DNA of 64,000 nucleotides from a bacterium (GTDB taxonomy: Bacteria; Chloroflexota; Dormibacteria; Aeolococcales; Bog-877), in assembly GCA_021801645.1 (NCBI GenBank), contig JAJYXT010000051.1, forward strand, positions 1,451 through 65,450. Reading direction: 5' to 3'. Every line of letters starts with the position of its first letter. Position 1 is the stretch's first letter. This document shows, one piece after another, positions 28,501 through 38,432 of the stretch. A program made the position numbers and the translations under genes. The notes below the pieces were generated by a model, which was not told the origin of the DNA, ran no database searches, and worked only from the letters and a program-made list of their open reading frames with translations.

Positions 28501-30093
28501 TCACGGGGCCAGGATCTTGGCGAGATCCTGGGCCAGCGACCTGGCCCGGAGCTGCCCCACCTGGATGGCGGCGATGCGGCCGGAGCCGGTGACGAACACG
28601 GCCACCGGCAGTCCGGGCACACCGTAGCGGAGGGCGGTCTGGCCGGAGGAGTCCAAGAGGCTGGGAACCCGGATGGCCTGCTGGCGCAGGAAGCCGAGGA
28701 CGGTGGACCGGGACTCCTCGTAGTCCACCAGCAGGAGCCGCAGGCCCAGCCCGCGGTAGCGCAGGGCCTGGCTGGTTACCAGCCGCATGTCCTGCCGGCA
28801 GTTGGCGCACCAGGTGGCCCAGAAGTCGATCAGAACCGGATGCCCCAGCTCCCCCGCCAGGGATCCCGTCCCGCCCGCTGTGGAGCTGAGGACGAATCCG
28901 GGGGCGGGGCGGCCGACCGCGGCCACGCCCCCAGTGGCCGCCAGCGAGGTGTAAACCCCCTGCTGCTCGAGCAGTGGGGTGATGCTTTGGAGCAGCGACT
29001 GGGGCGTCCAGCTGCCGCCGGAGTGCAGCTGCTGCAGGCCCTGGCTGTCCAGGTAGGTGTAGATGGTCCTGGGCAGGCTGGTCGCGGCCAGCTGTGGCCA
29101 GGACTGGTACTCGGTGACCACGTACCCCTCCGGGTTGATCACTTCCACCACCGAGGCGTGGACCAGGTTGTAGGGCTCGGGCCGCCCGGTGAACTGGTCC
29201 ACCAGCGCGGGCCCGTTCCAGGGGAGGGCCTCCACCGGCGGCACCTTGAGCGCCGCCCAGAAGCTGGCGATGGTGTTGGGACTTCCTGTGAGCAGCGGCC
29301 AGCTGAGCCCGAAGCGCTGCTGGTAGCGCCGCAGGATGGGCGGGGTGTCGTCCGCCGGGTCCTGGGTCACCTCCACGATCTGTACCCTTCCCTGCAGCTG
29401 CTCCCGGTCCACCTCGCGCTGGAGCTGGAGCAGGGCGGCGGCCACCAGCGGACAGGTCTCCTGGCACTCGGTGAGGAAGTTGGCCAGGATCACCACCTTG
29501 CCGCGGTACTCCCTAAGGCTGACCGGATGGCCGAACTGGTCAGTGAGGTTGACAGTGGGCGCGGACATCACCGTGCCGGCCGCGACCTGGAGCCCGAAGT
29601 TGACGTCCTGGTTGCCGCCGTAGGCGCCCTGCAGGGACGCCCCAGACGCCCGGTCCAGGTGGAAGGAGAAGAGCAGCGGGGCCAGCTGGCCGGCGGTCAC
29701 CTGGAGGCGCAGTGGACTCGTGGCCACCAGCCGGCGGCCCCCCAAGCTGTAGGTGAGCCGGGCCGCCCCGTAGGTGCCGGCGGGCACCCCCACCACTGCG
29801 GTCGAGGCTGCCCCGGGGGCCACCGCCGACCTGGAAAGGGAGAAGGGGCTGTCGAGGTGGATGGAGACTTCGCCGGCCGAGCCTGAGAGCGCGAGGCTGG
29901 ACAGCTGCCCCTGGAGGTGGAACCCACTGGGCGCGGAAGCCGCCGCCACCGTCATGAGGATCAGGACCCGACCGCTGGGCTGGGTGCGGTGCACGAGCCA
30001 GTAGGCGGCGCCGGACACGATCACCAGGGCGGCGAGGGCCGCGGCCAGGGCCGGCCGCCACCTCGTCGGGACCCACCTGGAGGCCGACCTCAT
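28501..30093 (-). CDS. Membrane-anchored Sco1/SenC - TlpA-like thioredoxin fusion protein
   Basis: It has an N-terminal TM helix. The Sco motif is FLTECQETCP (CxxxC) with a downstream NLVHAS histidine. A C-terminal redoxin domain carries FWATWCANC (WCxxC). Confidence 0.75.
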   Translation of the reverse strand: MRSASRWVPTRWRPALAAALAALVIVSGAAYWLVHRTQPSGRVLILMTVAAASAPSGFHLQGQLSSLALSGSAGEVSIHLDSPFSLSRSAVAPGAASTAVVGVPAGTYGAARLTYSLGGRRLVATSPLRLQVTAGQLAPLLFSFHLDRASGASLQGAYGGNQDVNFGLQVAAGTVMSAPTVNLTDQFGHPVSLREYRGKVVILANFLTECQETCPLVAAALLQLQREVDREQLQGRVQIVEVTQDPADDTPPILRRYQQRFGLSWPLLTGSPNTIASFWAALKVPPVEALPWNGPALVDQFTGRPEPYNLVHASVVEVINPEGYVVTEYQSWPQLAATSLPRTIYTYLDSQGLQQLHSGGSWTPQSLLQSITPLLEQQGVYTSLAATGGVAAVGRPAPGFVLSSTAGGTGSLAGELGHPVLIDFWATWCANCRQDMRLVTSQALRYRGLGLRLLLVDYEESRSTVLGFLRQQAIRVPSLLDSSGQTALRYGVPGLPVAVFVTGSGRIAAIQVGQLRARSLAQDLAKILAP

Positions 30094-30192
30094 CGGCGCC
30101 TCAATCTGCGGCCGACGGCACCCGGCGCAGAGACGTCGGGGGCCTGAAGTTGCTCTCCTGCACCAGGGCCATGCTAGCCCGCCCGCCCGCCG

Positions 30193-30930
30193 TCAGTCGG
30201 TGAAGCAGAGGTCCCTCATCCGGGAGGCCAACCCTGGGTCGGGCGCAGGCAGATCCACCCGCCGGTAGAGCCAGAGAAGGAGGTCGGAAGCCCTGGCCCG
30301 GAGCAGCGGGGCGCCGGCCTCCGCTCCCGGGCGATGCACCAACGTGCCGGGTGCGCTGCCGTCCTGGACCGTCCAGGCAGCATCCCAGTCAGTGCAGGAG
30401 AGCACGAGCCGCCCTCCCAGCGCCGGCCTTGGGGGATCGGCCGGGTCCGCCTCCGACGAGACCGAGAAGGTGAGGAACTCGTCCACCGCGTCCGCGGCCT
30501 CCTGGGGATCGATCGAGATCGGGATCCCGGCGGCCCGGGCGGCATCCCAGTGGTGCACGGCGGCCTCCTGGACCTGATGGCGGATGACGAAGGCCACATC
30601 CTGCTGGGCGGGCGCCCACGTCCAGCAGGGCGCTCCGGGATCGGCGGCGCCCAGGACCGCCACCAGCCGGGCGGCGCCGGCCCGGAAGGTCTGCAGGAGA
30701 TCGACATCCGCAGCCGGGGCGGGGCGGCGGGCCTCCGGCGGCGGTTCCTGGAGCAACTCCTCGACTATGGTCGCCCAGAACCAGTGAACTTCGGTGAGGT
30801 GCCTGACCAGGTCACCCACGCGCCATCCGGGGCAGCCCTCAACGGGCTCTTCGAGGTTGCCCTCGGCCGCCATGGCCAGGCCTGAGCTGTGCTCAGCGAT
30901 GGCCGCCAGGGGATCGAAGTCGAGAGGCAC
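30193..30930 (-). CDS. DinB-fold / mycothiol-dependent maleylpyruvate isomerase N-terminal domain protein
   Basis: VEGCPGWRVGDLVRHLTEVHWFWATIV fits the MDMPI_N/TIGR03083-type pattern (recalled from memory). Confidence 0.65.
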   Translation of the reverse strand: MPLDFDPLAAIAEHSSGLAMAAEGNLEEPVEGCPGWRVGDLVRHLTEVHWFWATIVEELLQEPPPEARRPAPAADVDLLQTFRAGAARLVAVLGAADPGAPCWTWAPAQQDVAFVIRHQVQEAAVHHWDAARAAGIPISIDPQEAADAVDEFLTFSVSSEADPADPPRPALGGRLVLSCTDWDAAWTVQDGSAPGTLVHRPGAEAGAPLLRARASDLLLWLYRRVDLPAPDPGLASRMRDLCFTD

Positions 30931-31020
30931 CCGCCGACCGTAGCACGCCGGGGCGACAGCCGGGCGCCGACGCCGCGAGCGAAGTTGCCGGAAGCGGCAG
31001 GGGCCCGCGAGGATGGTGGG

Positions 31021-31767
31021 ATGGCAAGATGGTCACGATGGCTGGGCAGCTGGGAGGCGCAGCAGCAGGCCCTCCTGCCCCGTCGCGAGGAGCGCTTCAG
31101 CATCATCTGCGCCGCCGTGGCGGAGGGATGCGGGACCCATCCGCGAGTCCTGGACCTGGGGAGCGGGCCGGGCTCCCTGGCCCTCCGGGTGGCGAGATCG
31201 CTACCCTCGGCTGAGGTGGTGGCCGTGGATCGCGACCCGGTGTTGCTGGAGATCGGTCGCCGGGCGCTGGTGCGCCGACCCCAGGTCTCCTTCGCCGACC
31301 GAGACCTCGCCGACCCCCGGCTGCCCGACCTGGGCACCGGCTTCGACGCCGCGGTCTCCAGCACCGCGCTGCACTGGCTGGAGCGGTCCGCCCTGGCCAC
31401 GCTGTACCGAAGCCTGGCCGCCATGCTGCGCCCGGGGGGGCTGTTCCTCAACGCCGACCACATCCCGCGGGCCGGGGGGGAGATCGCGGAGCTGACCCAG
31501 GGGCTGGAGCACCCGGCCGTCGCGGGGCACCCGGTGACCGCTCCCTCCGGGCCCCGGAGCTGGGACGGGTGGTGGTCCATGGCGGAGGGGGCGGCCGAGC
31601 TGTCCGAGGCGGTGGCGGAGCGGCACCTCCGGGAGCACCATCATCCCGAGCGCGGCACCCCGGTCACCCTGGAGCAACACCAGGAGGCCCTGCGGTCCGC
31701 AGGCTTTTCAGAGGTCGGGTGCCTGTGGCAGCACCTCAATGACCGCATCCTGGTGGCCGTTCGCTGA
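31021..31767 (+). CDS. Class I SAM-dependent methyltransferase
   Basis: Trimmed to the ATG at 31021. Motif I is VLDLGSGPGSLAL, then DAAVSSTALHWL and LRPGGLFLNAD. Confidence 0.7.
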   Translation: MARWSRWLGSWEAQQQALLPRREERFSIICAAVAEGCGTHPRVLDLGSGPGSLALRVARSLPSAEVVAVDRDPVLLEIGRRALVRRPQVSFADRDLADPRLPDLGTGFDAAVSSTALHWLERSALATLYRSLAAMLRPGGLFLNADHIPRAGGEIAELTQGLEHPAVAGHPVTAPSGPRSWDGWWSMAEGAAELSEAVAERHLREHHHPERGTPVTLEQHQEALRSAGFSEVGCLWQHLNDRILVAVR

Positions 31768-31867
31768 ACCGGATCGGCCCAGACCGGGTCGCCGGCGGTG
31801 CCGGACGCACTGGCTTCGTCCAGCCCCTCCGGGGGCGGCGCCGACCCGGGTTGACCGCCCGGGAACC

Positions 31868-33385
31868 TCAGGAAGGCGTCGCAGCACCCCCCTGAGCCAC
31901 GGGCTGGCTCGCCTCCTGGGAGGCGCGCCGGGGAAGGAGCAGGGTGACCGCGAGAACGAGGGCCACCAGGCAGAAGCCGGCGAAGACCCGGAAGCCGGCG
32001 TCGGTGGACTGGACCAGCGCTCGCCCCAGGTTTCCGCTCAGCGCTCCGCCCGCGCCCAGGAACACGCGAACCGCCAGCTGGGGCGGAAGGCTGGCCTCGG
32101 CCACCACCAGGGCGAGGGTGAAGGAGAGTGCCATCCCCACGTTGCGCAGGGTGAAGAACATCCCCGACGCCACGCCGGTCCGCTCTCGGGGGACCGAGGA
32201 GACCACCGCCTTGGTGAGCGCGGGCCAGGCGAAACCGTTGCCCGCCGAGATCAGGAGCAGGGGAACCACCACCGCGACCAGGTCGAGGCGGGTGCCCAGG
32301 CGGCTCAGCAGCAAGGCCCCGGAGATGAGCAGGACCAGCCCCAGCATCACCGGACGGGCGGCGCCGAAGCGGTCAGCCAGGGCGCCACCCAAGGGGGCCA
32401 GCCCGAGTTGGGGAACGGCGATGGGCAGCAGCGCCAGCCCCGCGTCGAGGGGGCTGAGCCGGAGCGCTCCCTGGAGGTAGAAGGTGAGCAGGAACGTGGT
32501 CGCGAACATGCCGGTGGCGTAGAAGACGACCACCGCCAGCGCCCCGCGAAGCTGGGGCCGGCGGAGCAGCCGAAGGTCGAAGGTGGGCAGGCGGGCGCGC
32601 AGCTCCCAGCCGATGAACCCGGCCAGCGCCAGAGCCGACACCACGAACAGACCCACGATCCGCGCCGAGCCCCAGCCCCATGCCAAGCCCTCGGACAGGG
32701 CAACGAGAAGGGAGACCAGCGCCACCGTAAACGCGCCGGCCCCCACCCAGTCGGTGCTCACCCCCCTCCGAGAGGAGTGGTCAGCCGGCAGCCAGTAAGC
32801 CCCGGCCGCGAGCCCGGCCAGGGCGAAGGGCACGGTGACGAAGAAGATCCAGCGCCACCCCAGGCTCCCCACCAGCGCCCCCCCAGCCACCGGGCCCACG
32901 ATCGAGCCCATCACCCAGGCTGTCGAATTGATCCCCAGGGCGCGGCCGGTCTGGGCTGCCGGGAAGGCCCCGGCGATCAGCGGGACCGCGGTCGCCGAGG
33001 AGAGCGCTGCTCCGACCCCCTGCAGCAGCCGCCAACCCACCAGCGCTCCCCCGGAGGGGGCGAACCCGCAGAGGACCGTCCCCAGGCCAAACAGCCCCAC
33101 ACCGACCAGGAAGATCCGCTTCCGCCCCACCAGGTCCGACCACCGCCCCGCCGGCAGCAGGAAGACCGTGCTGGTAATGATGTATCCGGTCAGGGTCCAG
33201 AGGCCGGTGGTGATCGTGGTGTGCAGCCCCTGGACGATCCGGGGCAGCCCGACCACCACGATGGTGCCGTCGACATTGCCGATGAAGGCCACCACGGTGA
33301 CTACGGCGAGGATCAGCCAGCGACGCGGATGGCCTTGGACCTGGGACAAGTGGGCACCTGGATTGAGGGGCGGCGCGCGCAGCAC
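31868..33385 (-). CDS. MFS transporter (DHA2/EmrB-like, about 14 TM)
   Basis: It is 505 aa. GRWSDLVGRKRIFLVG (MFS motif A) is present and hydrophobic periodicity runs throughout. Confidence 0.8.
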   Translation of the reverse strand: MLRAPPLNPGAHLSQVQGHPRRWLILAVVTVVAFIGNVDGTIVVVGLPRIVQGLHTTITTGLWTLTGYIITSTVFLLPAGRWSDLVGRKRIFLVGVGLFGLGTVLCGFAPSGGALVGWRLLQGVGAALSSATAVPLIAGAFPAAQTGRALGINSTAWVMGSIVGPVAGGALVGSLGWRWIFFVTVPFALAGLAAGAYWLPADHSSRRGVSTDWVGAGAFTVALVSLLVALSEGLAWGWGSARIVGLFVVSALALAGFIGWELRARLPTFDLRLLRRPQLRGALAVVVFYATGMFATTFLLTFYLQGALRLSPLDAGLALLPIAVPQLGLAPLGGALADRFGAARPVMLGLVLLISGALLLSRLGTRLDLVAVVVPLLLISAGNGFAWPALTKAVVSSVPRERTGVASGMFFTLRNVGMALSFTLALVVAEASLPPQLAVRVFLGAGGALSGNLGRALVQSTDAGFRVFAGFCLVALVLAVTLLLPRRASQEASQPVAQGGAATPS

Positions 33386-33434
33386 CCGGCGCGCCCGAAC
33401 TGCTCGAGTATAGGTGGGACCGGCAGCCCAGCTC

Positions 33435-35261
33435 TCAGCCGCCCAGATGGCTCGCGAGGAACTGGAGCGCTCGGGGATAGGCGTCCAGCCGGTTGCGCCG
33501 GCGCGCGAGACCGTGACCCTCGTCCGGGTAGACGAGGAGGTGGCACTCCACCTGCCGCTGGCGAAGCCGCCTGGCCAGCTGCTCAGCCTCGCTGAGGGGT
33601 ACCCGCGGGTCGTTGGCCCCGTGGATCATGAAGAGAGGGGCGCGAATGCTGTCCACCCGCGCGAGCGGAGACGCCCGCTCGAGGAAGTCGAGATCGGCCT
33701 CCAGTGAGCCGTACTCGCGCTCCCGAGCCGCTCTGCGGTAGCCGGAGGTGTTGCGCAGGAAGCTGGCCAGGGAGGAGATCCCGACGATGTCCACCCCCGC
33801 AGCCCAGAGCTGGGGCTGGAAGGCCAAGCCGGCGAGGACCATGTAGCCGCCGTAGGAGCCACCCCAGAGGGCCGCCCGAGAGGGGTCTGCCCCCACCTGC
33901 GGCAGCCAGGCGTGGATCACCTCGAGATCGGCGACCGAGTCCAGCCGCCGGCGGCCGTCGTCCGCGGAGTACCAGCTCCTTCCGTATCCGGTGGATCCGC
34001 GGACGTTGGGGACCAGGACGGTGTGGCCGGCCGCCGCCAGGCCCTGGATCACCGGGTTGAAGCTAGCCACCGACTGGGACTCGGGGCCACCGTGGACCAC
34101 GACGACCGCCGAGCCGGCGAGCGGGCCACCGGCTGCGGTGGGCGCGTAGACCCAGCAGGGGATCGGCCGACCGGCTGGCGAGGGAACCTCATGCAGGGTG
34201 GGCAAGCTGAGGGTGTGGGCGTCGAGTCCCCCCTGGCTGCTGGCGACGGTGGCCGCCTCCCCGGTGAGGGCGTCGACCCTCAACGCATCTCCAGGGACCG
34301 TGGGGCTGCTGAAGGAGATGGCGGACCATCTGCCCGACGGCGACCAGGTGGGAGACGGCAGCGTCGGCTCCCCGATCCATCCGGCTCCCGGCAGGGCGAC
34401 CGGGATGGGCGCCCGCTCGTCGTCCAGTTCGTGAAGCTCCAACTCCGCCCAACCTCCCCGGTTGACCCGCAGAAGGAGGCGGCTGCCAGAGGGTGCCAGG
34501 TGGCCGCTCACGTCCAGTCCTGGTCGGGAGATGAGCTCCCTCCACCGCCCGCTCTCGAGGTCCAGTTCGACGACTGCGGTGTGCTCGCGCTCACGGTCGG
34601 TAGTGACGACCAGGCGGGACTGGCTGGCGAAACTGGGGAACAGGTGCTGGGCGGGCAGGTCGGAGCCGGTGAGCTCGCGGGCTGGCTCGCCGATGGGGTC
34701 CACCAGGAGAAGCTGCTCCGACATGGGGCTCACGGCGGCCCGCGTTAGAACGCCTGCATCCCCGGATGGTGCGAGGGCCACACCCTCGACCATGCCGCCG
34801 GCGGCGTACACCTGACGCTCGGCGCCCGTCCTGAGGCTTCGGATCAACACATCGAAGTCGACGCCGTTGCGCCGGTTGGTGGCGTAAACCACCTGGCCGG
34901 GACGCACCGAGACCAGCTGGTGCAGGAAGCGGGGATCGCGAACCAGTGGTTGGAGCCGGTCCAGCCCCACCGGCTCGGCCGGCAGGTCCCGGAGGTCCAG
35001 AAGCGACAGCTGCTGGCGCTCATCCCCGTCTTGGTCATGCTCGACCACCACCAGGCGTTGTCCGGGTACGTACCGACCGGAGCAGCCGCCCGGGAGGTCA
35101 GTGAGCCAGGTGGGGGTGCCATCGAAGGCCAGCTCCACCAGCTGGGTGGTTCCTGGGACGTCGCAGCCCGCCAGCAGCCGGCCCTCGTCATCCACGTCCA
35201 TGGCCCGCCAGACCGGGGCGGCCAGGAAGTCACGGATGTCTGGGGCCACGGTGGCGACCAT
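33435..35261 (-). CDS. S9-family serine peptidase (prolyl oligopeptidase/acylaminoacyl-peptidase-like)
   Basis: An N-terminal beta-propeller-like region is followed by an alpha/beta hydrolase with the nucleophile elbow WGGSYGGYM, then HGANDPRV and PDEGHG. Confidence 0.8.
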   Translation of the reverse strand: MVATVAPDIRDFLAAPVWRAMDVDDEGRLLAGCDVPGTTQLVELAFDGTPTWLTDLPGGCSGRYVPGQRLVVVEHDQDGDERQQLSLLDLRDLPAEPVGLDRLQPLVRDPRFLHQLVSVRPGQVVYATNRRNGVDFDVLIRSLRTGAERQVYAAGGMVEGVALAPSGDAGVLTRAAVSPMSEQLLLVDPIGEPARELTGSDLPAQHLFPSFASQSRLVVTTDREREHTAVVELDLESGRWRELISRPGLDVSGHLAPSGSRLLLRVNRGGWAELELHELDDERAPIPVALPGAGWIGEPTLPSPTWSPSGRWSAISFSSPTVPGDALRVDALTGEAATVASSQGGLDAHTLSLPTLHEVPSPAGRPIPCWVYAPTAAGGPLAGSAVVVVHGGPESQSVASFNPVIQGLAAAGHTVLVPNVRGSTGYGRSWYSADDGRRRLDSVADLEVIHAWLPQVGADPSRAALWGGSYGGYMVLAGLAFQPQLWAAGVDIVGISSLASFLRNTSGYRRAAREREYGSLEADLDFLERASPLARVDSIRAPLFMIHGANDPRVPLSEAEQLARRLRQRQVECHLLVYPDEGHGLARRRNRLDAYPRALQFLASHLGG

Positions 35262-35310
35262 ACCAGGGCGAAAACGGCCCGACCATGCGGGCGGTGGATG
35301 GCGATGGCGC

Positions 35311-36156
35311 TTGTCGCCCCAGTACGCTGGCCTGGTGGGGATCGCCCTGAGCCTGTGCGCCGCAGTGGGCTACGGCGCCTCCGACTTCCTCGCCGGCGTG
35401 GCCGGGCGCCGTGGGTCAACGGCCCTGGTGGCAGTCACCGGGCAGCCCCTGGCCCTGGCCGCGGCAGTTCTGGGGCTGCTGCTCTTCCCCTGGTCCGGGC
35501 CGGCTCCGGCCGCCCTCGCCTGGGGGGCGGCGAGCGGCTTGGGCAGCGGGTTCGGGATCCTGGCGCTCTACCGCGGCCTGGCGATCGGCGAGATGACGGT
35601 CGTGGCGACGCTATCCGGGGTGCTGGCAGCGCTGATACCAGCGGCCGTGGGGCTGGCGCTGGGGAACCGGCCGGCCGGGGTGCAGCTGGCCGGGATGGTG
35701 ATCGCCATCCCGGCGGTGGCCATGGTCTCGTGGCAGGCCCGGGACCACCGCGCTAGAGGCCGCGGCGTTCCTGAGGCGCTCCTAGCGGGCGTGGGATTCG
35801 CCCTTCTCTTCATCGCCCTGGATCGGGCCGGAACGGCATCCGGCACCTGGCCACTGATCTCCGGGCAGCTGATGTCGCTCCTCATCGTTGGCGGCGCCGC
35901 GGCCCGAACGGGTGGCGGCGGCTGGCGCCGAGTGGCACCCCTGGCCGCCGGGGCGGGGATCCTGGGGGGCGCCGGCAACATCCTCTTTCTGCGGGCGACC
36001 GGCCTCTCCCAGCTGGCCCTGGTGGCGGTCATCAGCTCCCTCTATCCAGCTGTGACCGTGCTTCTGGCCCGCTTCGGGCTGGGAGAGCACTGGAACCGGG
36101 TGCAACGGGTAGGCCTGCTGGCCGCCGCCATCTCGGTCGTACTCATCGGGATCTGA
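35311..36156 (+). CDS. EamA/DMT-family transporter
   Basis: Trimmed to the TTG at 35311 (start uncertain). It has ten hydrophobic segments. AAVGYGASDFLAG and SSLYPAVTVLLA are EamA-like. Confidence 0.65.
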   Translation: MSPQYAGLVGIALSLCAAVGYGASDFLAGVAGRRGSTALVAVTGQPLALAAAVLGLLLFPWSGPAPAALAWGAASGLGSGFGILALYRGLAIGEMTVVATLSGVLAALIPAAVGLALGNRPAGVQLAGMVIAIPAVAMVSWQARDHRARGRGVPEALLAGVGFALLFIALDRAGTASGTWPLISGQLMSLLIVGGAAARTGGGGWRRVAPLAAGAGILGGAGNILFLRATGLSQLALVAVISSLYPAVTVLLARFGLGEHWNRVQRVGLLAAAISVVLIGI

Positions 36157-36270
36157 CTCGGCGCAGGATCGGCGCCGCGGCCCAGGCCAATTCGCACCGG
36201 CACGAGGGATCTGGTGTACACTTGCCTCAGCAAGCCATACCCCCAGGGGTACATTCACAGCGAGGCAGCC

Positions 36271-36648
36271 ATGGCCACCACCGCACTCGGCGAGGCAGAT
36301 TTCGAGAAGACGGTAAGCGGGCCGGGGATGGTCCTGGTCGACTTCTGGGCGGCCTGGTGCGGCCCCTGCCGGGCCTTCGCTCCGGTGTTCCAGGCGGCCT
36401 CGGAGAAGCATCCTTCGATGGTGTTCGCCAAGGTCGACACCGAGGCCGAGCCGGGGCTGGCGCAGGCGCTGGGGATCCGCTCGATCCCAACGCTGATGAT
36501 CTTCCGGGACGGGATCCTGGTTTTCGCCCAGCCAGGGGCGCTGCCGGCCAGCTCACTGGAGAAGCTCATCGCGGCGGTCGAAGAGCTGGACATGGACCAG
36601 GTCCGCGCCCAGGTGGCGGCGGCCCAGGCCGCCCCCGAGGCCGTCTGA
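36271..36648 (+). CDS. trxA: Thioredoxin
   Basis: VLVDFWAAWCGPCRAFAP (WCGPC) and IRSIPTLMIF are present. Trimmed to the ATG at 36271. Confidence 0.85.
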   Translation: MATTALGEADFEKTVSGPGMVLVDFWAAWCGPCRAFAPVFQAASEKHPSMVFAKVDTEAEPGLAQALGIRSIPTLMIFRDGILVFAQPGALPASSLEKLIAAVEELDMDQVRAQVAAAQAAPEAV

Positions 36649-36650
36649 CG

Positions 36651-37067
36651 GTGGCGGCGGGAACCGCCGCCGAGGTCGCCGTGCGGGTCGAGCACGAGTC
36701 CGGAGACCGCTTCCGGCTCTCCATGCGCCAGCACGTCCTGCACGTTGACCAGCCGGAGATGGACGGCGGCGAGGACACCGCCCCCACCCCCACCGAGCTC
36801 TTCATCGCCAGCCTGGCCGCCTGCGTCGGTTTCTATGTACGCCGCTTCCTCTCACGCCACGGCCACCCCGTGGATGGCCTGGCCGTCACCTCGGAGGTCG
36901 AGTACGCCACCCGGCCCTACCGGGTGAGCCGGATCTCACTCGGGGTGAGCGGGGTCTCCCACCTGCCACCGGAGGTGCAGGAATCGCTGCTCTCGGTGGC
37001 CGCCCGCTGCACCGTCCACAACTCCCTGCGCCAGCCCCCCGAGGTCAGCATCGCCGTATCCGCGTAG
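36651..37067 (+). CDS. OsmC/Ohr-family peroxiredoxin-like protein
   Basis: The GTG lies 2 nt after the trxA stop. PTPTELFIASLAACVGF and ARCTVHNSL supply the two conserved Cys. Confidence 0.7.
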   Translation: MAAGTAAEVAVRVEHESGDRFRLSMRQHVLHVDQPEMDGGEDTAPTPTELFIASLAACVGFYVRRFLSRHGHPVDGLAVTSEVEYATRPYRVSRISLGVSGVSHLPPEVQESLLSVAARCTVHNSLRQPPEVSIAVSA

Positions 37068-37127
37068 ATCCGGCGCCGGTCGGCTCGCGCGAGCACCCAC
37101 CGTCCACCCGGGGAGCTATGCAGCCCC

Positions 37128-38432
37128 TCAGGCGGGCAGTGGCGCCCGGTTCACCGCCTCGGGCAGCCAGCGGGCCAGAAGTGAGGCCCAGACCGCGAGC
37201 CCAACGGCGACCACGGCCCAGGTCAGCCACATCCAGGGCCGCAGGAACGACCCCACCAGGACTCCCCCCAGGCTGGGTCCAACCAGCAGTCCAATCGACC
37301 ATGAGAGGTTGAAGGTGGCCATGTAGCGGCCGCGAAGAGCCGGGCGCGCCAGATCGGCGACCAGCGGTCCGAGGGTGGCGCTGAGCAGGCACTCGCCGGC
37401 GCCGAAGATCACGGCGAAGACCCCGAGCCAGGCAGCCGCCGCCAGGCCCCGCTCCACGCTGGCCAGCCAACCGACCATCCAGCACGCCGCCCAGACCGCC
37501 CCGCACAGGGTGAGAGTCGTGGTGCGGGGCACCGTGCGGACGGCTCTGGCCAGCGGCAGCTGGGCGAGGACGATGAACGCGGTGTTGGCAGCAAGAATGA
37601 GTCCGATGGCGGCCGTGGGCACCCTGAGGAAGACCCGGGCATACAGCGGCACAGAGCTGTCCAGCTGGGAGTAGGTGGAGACCACCACCATGACGTTGAA
37701 GAGCACCACCGCCATGAAGCGCCAGTCCCGAAGGACGGCGAGATACCCGGAGCTCTTGGCCCGCTCCTGCTGGTGCCTTCCCGAAGGCACCAGCAGGAGC
37801 GCCACCGCGGCGAAGACCACGAAGGTGGCGGCGTCCAGCAGGTAGACCAGGGTGAAGCTGCTGGGGCGCGTGGTGGACACCAGGAGCCCTCCCACGATGG
37901 CGCCCACGCCGATCCCGAGGTTGTTGGCGGCGTATTGAAGCGAGGCGGCGGCGGTCCGCTCCGCCCGGGTGGTTATGGCCGCCAGCAGCGCCCCCAGGGC
38001 GGGGAAGAAGCAGCCCGCTCCCAGCCCCACCAGCCCCAGCGAGAGTGCGGCCTGGGGGATCCCGGTGGCAAACCCCAGAGAAGCAAACCCCACCGTCTGG
38101 AATCCCAGGCCGAGGAGGATCACCACCTTGGGGCTGAGCCGGTCGACCAGGGTGCCCCCGGCCACTGCCACCAGCAGCGAGGCCAGCGCCGAGAAGGAAA
38201 GGAGAGCGCCCACCACAGGGATCGGGATCCCGCGCACCACATGTAGGTAGATGGAGCCGTACGGAAGCACGAAGCCGTTGCCCAGTGCGGACACCGCTCC
38301 CCCGGCCACCACGGTCCACACCGCGGCCGGGAGCCGTGGTCTGAGGCCGAGCAGGTACCCGGTGACACCTCCAAGGAGTCGGTCCGGCTCTTCCAGAATG
38401 GCCTCCCGAACTGGATCGGCAGCGACCGCCAC
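37128..38432 (-). CDS. MFS transporter (12 TM)
   Basis: It is a 434-aa polytopic protein. GGTLVDRLSPKVVILLG resembles MFS motif A. Confidence 0.75.
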   Translation of the reverse strand: MAVAADPVREAILEEPDRLLGGVTGYLLGLRPRLPAAVWTVVAGGAVSALGNGFVLPYGSIYLHVVRGIPIPVVGALLSFSALASLLVAVAGGTLVDRLSPKVVILLGLGFQTVGFASLGFATGIPQAALSLGLVGLGAGCFFPALGALLAAITTRAERTAAASLQYAANNLGIGVGAIVGGLLVSTTRPSSFTLVYLLDAATFVVFAAVALLLVPSGRHQQERAKSSGYLAVLRDWRFMAVVLFNVMVVVSTYSQLDSSVPLYARVFLRVPTAAIGLILAANTAFIVLAQLPLARAVRTVPRTTTLTLCGAVWAACWMVGWLASVERGLAAAAWLGVFAVIFGAGECLLSATLGPLVADLARPALRGRYMATFNLSWSIGLLVGPSLGGVLVGSFLRPWMWLTWAVVAVGLAVWASLLARWLPEAVNRAPLPA

